Shown here: positions 49,753 through 59,628 of the stretch, piece after piece
How positions within the stretch are numbered: position 1 is the first letter of the stretch
Layout of the letters: every line of letters starts with the position of its first letter
NCBI RefSeq assembly: GCF_004010195.1
Contig: NC_057718.1
Location: 17,872,102-17,936,101, forward strand
Direction of reading: 5' to 3'
Source: Chiloscyllium plagiosum
Lineage: Eukaryota
Length of the DNA stretch: 64,000 nt
Notes under the pieces: generated by a model
Told to the model about the DNA's origin: nothing
What the model saw: only the letters and a program-made list of their open reading frames with translations
Database searches by the model: none
Position numbers and translations under genes: made by a program

Positions 49753-50649
49753 ATATGTGGATGGCCTTTCCTGGATGAATATATCAAACCAACAGCTAAT
49801 CTGTCACACTCATTGCACTGTTTTTGGGATCTGTTTATTCTGTATTAGATTGCATTGTATCTTGACTATTTTTCTGCAGGAACTGATGTCATGTCTAATT
49901 ACCAGAGTGCTGGCTGAATGTGTTATTTTCATTGCTCCTTGAAAGCTTTCAAGTGATCAAACATGCTAAGTGGATGACTATAGTTTCACAAAACGTCAAA
50001 AGAGTGGTCAAAAATACTCTTCATCTAGAATTTCATTCCTGGAGAGAAAGGAACAGGCAAGTTGGGTGGGACAGGAAAACCACAAAGCTTCCTGCTCACT
50101 TCACAGTTCATACTATTTTGTAACTTTATCGCCCATCTGAGATGTGCTCTTTTCTAAGGATTTTGAATTTCAGAGCACTCCATACCCTCAGTACCACACC
50201 TACAAGAACAGAAAGACTTGATCAATACACCAACTAGTCAGTAAGCAGTTTAGTGCTCACTTTACAAGTAGTAAACATGATACCTCCATCTTAAGACCAC
50301 CAAGGGTGCCAGTCTTACCTGAAATGAATTTGGCACTGGTAATACTGAGGTGATTTTAAGCTGCCATGTCTTATGATTTCCATAAGGCATAAAAGCAAAA
50401 CATGGGTTCAACAAACTTATGCAACTATCAGAACAAATCAAATATATTATGAGTAGTTGGGTGTCAGCTAACAAGTCCTGATGAACTGGACATCTTGCAG
50501 TACAAAAATAGTAAGTTGCTTCATTTTCCCAATTGACTGAAATGTCCAGCTCAAAACAATGGCAGAGGAAGATAATTAAAATGCCAGTGAGGAATTTGTG
50601 GTGGTGCTAAGGAAAACATGAGAGTTTGCTAATTTTAAATACTTTAAGT

Positions 50650-53620
50650 GTGACCACTATTTTTAAACGTAGAACAGTTGAGAAAAGGAGGAAGTCAAAC
50701 AATCAAGGCAAGCAGAAACAAAGGAGTGAACGAAGTAAATTAAACTGCATTTATTTCAATGCAAGATGCCTAACAGGGAAGGCAGACAAACTCAGGGCAT
50801 GGGTAGGAACATGGGACTGAGATATCATAGCAATTACAGAGACATGGCTCAGGGATGGATAGGACTGGCAGCTTAATTTTCTAGGATACAAATGCCATAG
50901 GAAGGATAGAAAGGTTGGGGGGGGGGGGGGGGGGAACAGGAGGGGAGTGGTGTTTTTGATAAGGGATAACATTACAGCTTTACTTAGGGGAGATATTCCT
51001 GGGAATACATCCAGGGACATTATTTCAATGGAATTAAGATATTAGAAAGGGATGATAATCTTATTGGGATTGTTCTATAGACCCCCCCAATAGTCAGTGG
51101 GAAATTGAGAAACAAACTTGTAAGGAGGTCTCAGTTATCTGTAAGAATAATAGGATGGTAATGGTAGGGGTTTTTAACTTTCCAAACACAGACTGGGACT
51201 GCCATAGTGTTAAGGATTTAGACAGAGAGGAATTTTTAAAGTGTGTACAAGAAAACTTTCTGATTCAGACTGTGGATGTACCTATTAGAGAAGGTGCAAA
51301 ACTTGATCTACTCTTGGGAAATAGGGCAGGGCAAGTGACTGAAGTGACAGTGGGGGAGCACTTTGGGGCCAGCGACCATAATTCTATTAGTTTTAAAATA
51401 GTGATGGAAAAGGATAGACAGGATCTAAAGTTCTAAATTGGAGGAGGGCCAATTTTAATTGTATTATGCAAGAACTTTCAAAAGTTGATTCGGTGTGGAT
51501 ATTCGCAGGTAAAGGGATGGCTGGAAACTAGGAAGCCTTCATATATGAGATAATCAGAGTCCAGAGGCAGTATGTTCCTGGCAGGGTGAAAGGCAAGGCT
51601 GGTAAGTGTAGGGAATGTTGGATGGCTAGAGAAAATGAGGTTTTGGTTAAGAAAAAAAGGAAGCATGTGTCAAGTATAGACAGGGGAGATCGAGTGAATC
51701 CTTAGAGTATAAAGGCAGTAGTAGTATACTTAAGAGGGAAATCAGGAGGGCAAAAAGGGCACATGAGATAGCTTTGGCAAATAGGGTTAAGGTGAATCCA
51801 AAAGGATTTTGTAAATACATTAAGGACAAAAGGGTAACTAGGGAGAAAATAGGGCCCCTCAAAGATCAGCAAGGCAGCCTATGTGTGGAACTGCAGAAGA
51901 TGGGGGAGACACTAAATGAGTATTTTGCATTAGTGTTTACCATGGAGAAGGATATGGAAGACATAGAATGTTGGGAAATGGATAGTGACATCTTGAAAAA
52001 TGTCCATATTACAGAGGAGGAGGTGCTGGATGTTTTAAAATGCATAAAGGTGGATACATCTCTAGGATCTGATCAGATGTAACCTAGATATCTGTGGGAA
52101 TGCAAGGAAGTAATTGCTGGACCCCTTGCTGAGATATTTGGATCATCGATAGTCACAGGTGAGGTGCTGGAAGACTGGAGGTTGGCTAACGTGGTGCCAC
52201 TATTTAAGAAAAATTCTAAGTAAAGGCCAGTATAGTATAATATAGACCAGTGAGCCTGACATTGCTAATGGGCAAGTTGTTGGAGGGAATCCTGAGGAAC
52301 AGGTTTTATATGTATTTGAAAAGGCAAGGACTGATTACAGGTAGTCATCATGGTTTTGTGCATGGGAAATCATGTCTCACAAACTTAATTGAGTTTTTTG
52401 AAAAAGTAATGAAGAGGATCGATGAGGGCAGAGCTGTGGATATGATCTATATGGACTTCAGTAAGGCATTTGACAAGGTTCTTCGTGGTAGATGAGTTAG
52501 CAAAGTTAGATCTCACTTGGAAAACAGGGAGAATTTGTTATTTGCTTATAGAACTGCTCGAAGGTAGAAGACAGAGGGTTGCTTTTCAGAGTGGAGGCCT
52601 GTGACCAATGGAGTGCCACAATGATTGGTGCTAGGTCCACTACTTTTCATCTATATATATATATATATATATATACACAAATGATTTGGATGTGAACATA
52701 GGAGCTATAGTTAGTAAGTTTGCAGATGACATCAAAATTGGAGGCGTAGTGGACAGCGAAGGAGGCTACCTCAAAGTACAATGGGATCTTGATCAGATGG
52801 GCCAATGGGCTGAGGAGTGCAGGTGGAGTTTAATTTAGATAAATGTGAGGTACTGCATTTTGGAAAGGCAAATCAGGGCAGGATTTGTACACTTAATGGT
52901 AAGGTCCTGGGGAATGTTGCTGAACAAAGAGACCTTGGAGTGCAGGTTCATAGTTTATTGAAAGTGGAATCTCAGGTAGATAGGATAGTGAAGAAGGTGT
53001 TTTGAATGCTTTCCTTTATTGGTTGGAATACCAAGTACAGGATTTGGCAGACTATGTTGCAGCTGTGTAGGACATTGGTTAGGTCACTTTTGGAATATTG
53101 TGTGCAATTCTGGTCTCCTTCCTATCGGAAGAATTTTGTGAACCTTGAAAGGGTTCAGAAAAGATTTATAAGGATGTTGCCAGGGTTGGAGGATTTGAGC
53201 TCTAGGGAGAGGTGAATAGGCTGTGGCTGCTTTCCCTGGAGTGTTGCAGGGGAAAACAAGGGTGACCTTGTAGAGGTTTATAAAATCATGAGAGGCATGC
53301 ATAGGATAAATAGACTAGATCATTTCCATGGGCAAATCCAGAACTAGAGGCATAGGTTAGGGTGAGAGGTGAAAGATTTAAAAGGGGTCTAAGGGGGAAC
53401 TTTTACATGCAAAGGGTGGTGCGTATATGGAATGAGCTGCCAGAGGAAGTGGTGGAGGCTGATATAATTACAACATTTGAAAAGCATCTGGATGGGTACA
53501 TGAATTGACGGGTTAAGAGGGATGTGGGCCAAGTGCTGACTAGATTAATTTAGGATATCTGGTCGGCATGGACGAGTTGGACCAAAAGGTCTTTTTCCAT
53601 GCTGTACATCTCTATGACTC
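50650..53620 (+). mobile_element. CR1 (HER1-like) LINE with nearly complete ORF2 (APE plus RT) and 3' UTR; multiple stops and frameshifts
   Basis: IYFNAR..., IAITETWL, FNFP, GASDHN, DMIYMDFSKAFDKV, SKFADD, FNLDKCEVLHFG and LEYCVQFWSP motifs; ends CTCTATGACTC. Confidence 0.97.
52651..52675 (+). repeat. (TA)n microsatellite inside the CR1 RT region
   Basis: Direct read. Confidence 0.95.
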
Positions 53621-54424
53621 TCAGCAACTGAATACTAACTGAGCTTTTTTCGCACAAAGATCTTCCAATATTACCTATTACCACTTAAATTGCACTCCTG
53701 CTAAACTGCAAAAAAGTGACAAATATTCAGTACAATATTGCTGATGGGTGCAGGACATTCTTTTACCTCATTGTGTTGTCTGCCTCTGCTGGAAACTTGA
53801 GTTGGTACAGTGTTTGTCCTTTGGATGCTTTGTTTCAGTTGTATAACAAGCTCGCAACCTTTCCAAGTGCAATCCTGCAAGTTTAATTGGCAGCTTGCTT
53901 GGTTTCTAGTGGGTTTCTCTTGTTCATGCACTAGCAGAGCCCTGTACATATCTGTCATCCACATCTGACACTGTAGTCTAGCTAGCTTTGAGCTTTGTTC
54001 TGATGTCTCATACTGTAATCCCTTAGGTTTTCCTTATGAGCAGAAGTCCTTGTAGTTCCTTGAGAATCAAAGTGATTATTTTCCCCAGAAGCAGCCAATC
54101 TATAACAATTCAACAAGTGGTCATCTGTGTTGCCTTTTTCATGTGTTCTTTGAACATTACCTGACTCCCAACTGCAGCTCAGAGCTGTTTTGGATGATTT
54201 ATAAATTTTCAGGCTTAGATTTGATTAATATTAGTGATAATTTACTAAATAATTTCCAGATTAAAGTGTTTTTGTTCAACTTTAATTGCCAATATCATAC
54301 GTACATGAAGCTCAACACAGTCAAGCTTCTATGACATGTATGGAGATTTTTGCATTAATCACTTAAATTTGATATTAAGTGGAATGAACAATAGATAGAA
54401 AATATCACTGTTAATGGTGGCTGA

Positions 54425-54592
54425 ATGTTCTGGCACCAGATAATTTGATATAGTCATTATCGCATTGCTGTTTGTGGGAACTAGCTGTGTAAAATTATGT
54501 TTTCTGTATTGAATACATTTCGAAGATATTTCCTCAGTTTTAATGAGTTTTGGCCAGGAGGTCATGAAAGATGCTACATCAATGAAAGTTTT
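54425..54592 (+). mobile_element. Deu-SINE 3' fragment
   Basis: CATTATCGCATTGCTGTTTGTGGGA...GAGGTCATGAAAGATGCTA. Confidence 0.6.
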
Positions 54593-55088
54593 GATTGCCT
54601 TTGATGATGAATAGAAAACTAATATAGAGAATGATATTTCATATGCAACATATAATTCATATATTGTCTCAATATTTATAAAGTTAATTACAAGAATAAC
54701 TAAAGGGCATGGAATTCATTTTGCAATGTTAACTAAAATTTAAAAAAAACTTCTTGCAAAACATTAATTAATTATCTACAGCTTCATACATTGACAAATT
54801 GCAGTTGTGAAGGATGTTGTTTTGTCACCAGTACTCTCACTTAGGAGCCACCTGAACTCTATCTGAAATGTATATATTTTGTTAGGTTATTGGAATGTGG
54901 CTCATTTAGATTTGCTGGAAATGACATACATTCATACACAGGGACCAACTCTCTGCAAAGAAAAAAGAATATGTTCAAGCCTCGTGCCTTGTTTGAATTA
55001 CCTAGGATTTGGGAGCTGATAATTCCCTTTGACATGGCAGTGTTGTCTAGAGTTGACTTGACAACCAATCAGCACACTATTCACAAAT

Positions 55089-55120
55089 CCCAAAGAAGAA
55101 TCATGTTAGACTTGAAGTAT

Positions 55121-55151
<31 letters not shown>

Positions 55152-55222
55152 ACAAATCTGCTGAGGTCTTCCCACATTTTATTTTTATTTCAGATTTCCT
55201 GTGTCTGCAGTATTTTGCTTTC
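55089..55222 (+). mobile_element. Very old PLE 3'-repeat copy containing a (TC)n expansion (55126-55151)
   Basis: Ends TTTCAGATTTCCTGTGTCTGCAGTATTTTGCTTT, homologous to the CCAGCATCTGCAG family end; degenerate hammerhead upstream. Confidence 0.5.
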
Positions 55223-56289
55223 ATCTTTGCTCCTTTTTCTCCTGAAGTCCCAACATTGTTTGAAATTTGGCATTCTTGCATTTGTCCTCATGGGTACTTT
55301 GCTAAAATACCTCTATTTTCAGCAATTTTTCTGATGCACAATATGCATTGGTCCAGGGTTGACTTACACGTTATTGGTTACAGCTGACAGACTTGTTGCA
55401 TTTTTCCAGTTATTTGCTGCTCCTCAATTTCGACATGAAGTCAGGAGAATTTCTGCTGTTGGTCTTTACATGACTGAACAGCACAAATCTCGACCCACAT
55501 CTCTTTGGGCACATCAGGCAGGATGTTCAGCCCTGTAAATAACTGAACCCTTCATGCTTATTAGAACTAAAAGCTTTCACTCAGATATTTTCAATAGGTC
55601 CATGCCTCTTTACTATTATAATGGAAGGAGTAACAGTGCATTTTGTTTTAAACTTCTGCTCCTCCAGTTACACTGTGAAGGTTTTTCTTTTGGATGTAAG
55701 AGAGGAGGGCAAAGGGCTTGAAAAAACTTGTGTGTATTAATAGACAGACAAAGGGCACTGTTAGAAAGGCACGAGAAGCAAAATTAAAGCTCAGTGGTAC
55801 AATTTCAAGTGCAAAGCAGCAGTATATATGGCTTCAAAGGGCAAACAACAGCTATAAAACAATGTTGCAACAAATTATTTGAGAAATGTTTGATTTTAAG
55901 ACAGGCTATGTAACACTTGTTTCTCAAGTGGCTTGAGGGTAAAGGTCACTCTCAGGCTGACTACCTCTCACAAAGACCTCTGTAGTCAGGCTTTCTCCTC
56001 ACTCTGAGTTACTAAGCTCAAGCTGTAACACAGTTAGCAGGTCAAGAAAGGAAAACAACACTCTGAGTTTAACTTCTATATTGTATTCCAGTTCGCCAAG
56101 AAGCCCCATTGGTATGAGATAAATGTCTCCACCTAAGAGATTGAGATAAAGCATCGCATGGAATTATTTCCAGCACCAATTGAAAACTCAGTCAATTTGT
56201 CAAACTGATCATATTTGTTTAATGAAGGTCTATACTTGATTGAAGGGTCATGGAAAAGTAATAAAGTTAGATCTGTCCCATTCTTCAAT

Positions 56290-56610
56290 CTTTGAATGCA
56301 CATGACACAAACAAATTAATCACACTGCAAGCCTGTCTGGTGATCTTAGATTGGTTTCCCGTGTAACTCCTAGAAGTGTTGGGATTATTTATTAAATGTT
56401 GTCCGATAACAGAATCACATCTAATGAGTCTCACCGCCAGTCTGATGCTGGGCACATAAATGTCCCAATAACTGGTGGATTGTGTCAAACAGAATGACTG
56501 TCTGCTGTAAGTAGAATGTTGGCTGTGTTCATCCAGCCATGCTTGCAAATCTCAGAGTGATATGTTCATCACTGGATGTGATCTTACTATCTGTGGGCAA
56601 AAGGAATTTG
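56290..56610 (-). mobile_element. Old PLE GIY-YIG fragment from another lineage
   Basis: ORF 56285..56548 contains DSVIGQHLINNP..SYT.NQ.KI, similar to the PLE endonuclease 'SAI..HL' region. Confidence 0.5.
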
Positions 56611-57117
56611 TCAATACATTACATTCTTCTCATTGAGAAAAATCTTATGGTGACTCTCAATCCTTGGGTGTCTTTGCAAAGCAGCAATCAAAGTCTAATA
56701 ACTTGATTGGAGTTAAAATGAGCTAACTTTCAGTTAACAGTTTCCGTTACATCACTATGATAACCAAGTAGCACTCTCTTATGCTATATAAATTGTTGCT
56801 CTTTTTCTAAATTTGGTTTCTTGCACCTTAGTCCAGAAGAGTGCACAATGTAAAGCTTCCACTTAGTGTCTCTGTGCAGTAATGTTTGAGTTCTGTATAC
56901 TCAGCAATTATTGAAATAAAAGGCATTGATAACTAATTTGAATAAATACCCAGGAAGGTACAAATGGATACCCAAGGGTTCCATGACTGGTGAGAACCAA
57001 CCAAAAAAACAGTTACAAGGCTGCAGTAACTAGATAACCAATGAAAACATAGATCCATTAACTAGGTCATAAGTGGAGGTGAAGGAAGAAAAGACATTTT
57101 GTTACCCAGAAGCAGGG

Positions 57118-57450
57118 AGAGGTGATGGCATAGTGGTATTATCGCTGGACTATTAATCCAGAGACCCAAATAATGCTCTGGAGACCTAAGATCAAGTCCT
57201 GCCACTGCAAATGTTAGAACCTGAATTTAATAAAAATTTGGAATTAAGAGACTAATGATGACTATGAATCAAGTGTTGAAAAAGCTCAACTGGCTCACTA
57301 AGTCCTTTAGTGGAAGCCCTTTAGGGAAGGAAATCTGCCATCCTTACCTGGCCTACATGTGACTCCAGAACCACAGCAATGTAACTACCTCTTAACTGCT
57401 CTCTGGGCAATTAGGGATGAACAATAAATGTCCTCATCATGTAAATTAAT
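57118..57450 (+). mobile_element. tRNA-derived non-V SINE
   Basis: A-box-like TGGCATAGTGG head, body AGGGAAGGAAATCTGCCATCCTTACCTGG...CATGTGACTCCAG and tail GGCAATTAGGGATG..AATAAATG. A partial second copy lies at about 57890-58030. Confidence 0.75.
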
Positions 57451-58091
57451 AAAAAGGGGGAAAAAAAACATGCCTAGACAGCAAGGAGACAGAAGCAAAA
57501 TTGCTACAAGTGAAAGAAATCCAGGAAAAATGTGAAAATTGAGGGATGGAATTTGGGAAGGTTCTACCACAGGGTAGGTGATCTGCTCTACCAAGCTACC
57601 AGGTAAATAGAAAAATAATGTTTTAACTTATGGGCACAGCCATTGTTTGTAGTACCTAGTGTTTAAAAATTGCTGTGCTTGAACTGACCATTCTTTCCCA
57701 GAAGAGATCATAAATATGACATATTTACTTAAATTCACTTGCACAACAATGACACTGAATATTTGTATGCCATATATATCCTACGTAAAATTCTGTACTG
57801 CTGTTGATTCATTGAGACTTTCTGCAAATTAAAAAAATCTGAAATAAAAAAACTAGTCCAGTACTATCCATGCAATCATTGTTGATTATCTTAAAGACCC
57901 ATCGGGTTCACTAATTTTTTTTAAGGGAAGGACTGACTTATGTAGGGCTCCAAACCTGCAGCAATGTGGTTAACTTTGAACTGCTCTCTGTTAGCAATGG
58001 GCAATAAGTGCTGTCCTAGCCAGCAATGCTTTTTTTTATTCTTTCAAAGCATAGAGGCAAAGACAAGTTTTTTTTAAAAGGTGAAGCCATT

Positions 58092-58310
58092 TAAGTGATA
58101 AATGTTGGCTCAGAAACTGGTAGAACTCCCCTGCTCTTTTTCAAAGGAGTGGTATAGTGAGCTTTTACATCTTCCCTCGAGGACAAACTGGGCCTTGGCT
58201 TAACATTTAAGCCTAAAAATAACACCATTGGTGCAGTGTTCCTTTGGTACTGCACTAAAGTATTAGCCACATTAAACACTCAAATCTGAAATAGGATTTG
58301 AACCACCTGG
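58092..58310 (-). mobile_element. Deu-domain SINE fragment
   Basis: GATAAATGTTGGC...AACTCCCCTGCTCTT...CTTTTACATC is antisense to the Deu domain. Confidence 0.65.
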
Positions 58311-58904
58311 CTGAATATATGCATTTTCTTCTGCACAGATAAGTATAAAATTTTACAGTATAAAATACTTCTGGTGAAGTTTGGCTTGCACAATTTTTTT
58401 GGACATTAGTGAAAAAATTTCTGTGATTGGTATTTCTTTTAATGTAAGAGAAATGTACCGGCCATTCTACATCTCTAATGGGAACATTATTTGGCTTGGT
58501 TATGGAAGTGCAGGGGTAATCTTTTTATTTTAAAATAAGGTAATGTCATTTACAAGTTAGCTGTACAGACCCATCACAACGTTGTGTTCAAGATTTGCTG
58601 CACAAAAAATATTAGTCTGAAATAAAAGTTAATCTTACAATTAGAAAATAAGGAACTTTATCTTAAACATCTTATGTTCACAAATATATTTCCCATCATG
58701 CTTATTATTTCCGTCCCATGAGCACAATACTGAAAACAGAAGGAGAAAAGATATAACCAGAAGTAGTTATCTTGAAGATGAAGGATGCAGTAACAATGAG
58801 AAAACTTAAGCTTGTAACAAGGAAATAACTCATAAGATGCTATATTCTATTCGCTTTCCTGCATGTGTCAGATAATAAATAAAAGTCCGGTGAAGAAAAT
58901 AGTA

Positions 58905-59126
58905 GGAGAAAGTGAGGACTGCAGATGCTGGAGTACCAGAGTTGAAAAATGTGGTGCTGGAAAAACACAGCAGGCCAGGCAGCATCCGAGGAGCAGGAGA
59001 ATCGATGTTTCGGGCATAAGCCCTTCTTCAGGAATCCTGAAGGGCTTATGCCCGAAACGTCGATTCTCCTGCTCCTCGGATGCTGCCTGGCCTGCTGTGT
59101 TTTTCCAGCACCACATTTTTCAACTC
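58905..59126 (-). mobile_element. Fold-back mini-PLE with a 14-bp TSD (1 mismatch)
   Basis: Near-perfect palindrome at 58937-59128 centred on TTCAGGAATCCTGAA. TSD TGAA[G/A]AAAATAGTA at 58891-58904 and 59127-59140. Confidence 0.95.
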
Positions 59127-59468
59127 TGAAAAAAATAGTATCCACATTTCAAAAGGCTGTAGGACATCTTGTGAAATTCTGCATGCAGATCAGAAGACAA
59201 GCAAAGGGGAGCTTGAAATTGTATGAGAAAAGAAAGAACTCTAAAAAGTTACATCTTAAAAAGAAGAAAATGTCAGAATGTTGGCCATTTGATCAGAGCT
59301 CGAAAGCTATACAGATCTGTCATTGCAGGTGAAATACAGGGCATTGGACAGAAGGCATAGCTGAATGACAGGTGTCAGAGAGTCACGACAGACAATCAGC
59401 AGTAGATGTTTGAGCAAAATCAGATCGTGGACAAATGTGATATACCAATGACAGCAGACCACCACGTA

Positions 59469-59628
59469 AAATTAAAAATCACACAATAACAGGTTATTGT
59501 CCAATAGGATTTTTTTTCGGAGCACTCTGAAAGCTAGTGCTTCCAAATAAACCTGTTGGACTAAAACCTGATTTTGTGTGATTTTTACCTTTGTCCACCC
59601 CAGTCCAACACTGGCTCCTCAACATCAT
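59469..59628 (+). mobile_element. Fold-back mini-element of a different, probably PLE, family
   Basis: Inverted arms at 59474-59508 and 59552-59586; hammerhead-like 3' half GAAA GC TA. Imperfect TSD GACCACCACGTA / GACCTCCAGGTA at 59457-59468 and 59629-59640. Confidence 0.7.

Noticed and set aside
53701..54010. Minus-strand ORF 53701..53964 as an exon
   Set aside because: It has no recognisable domain or splice context and is probably an old retroelement fragment.
31590..59128. Palindromic elements as MITEs or as library fold-back artefacts
   Set aside because: The arms are asymmetric and differ between copies, TSDs vary from 10 to 17 bp, and the sequence matches GIY-YIG PLE 3' ends. Intact TSDs and split host repeats argue against artefacts, although read-level confirmation is still needed.
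1..59332. Recurring small ORFs (MPETSILLLLGCC..., MCCWKSAAGQAASREQENRRFGHKPFFR...) as a peptide gene family
   Set aside because: They are incidental translations of the mini-PLE repeat on both strands and run into unrelated flanking DNA.
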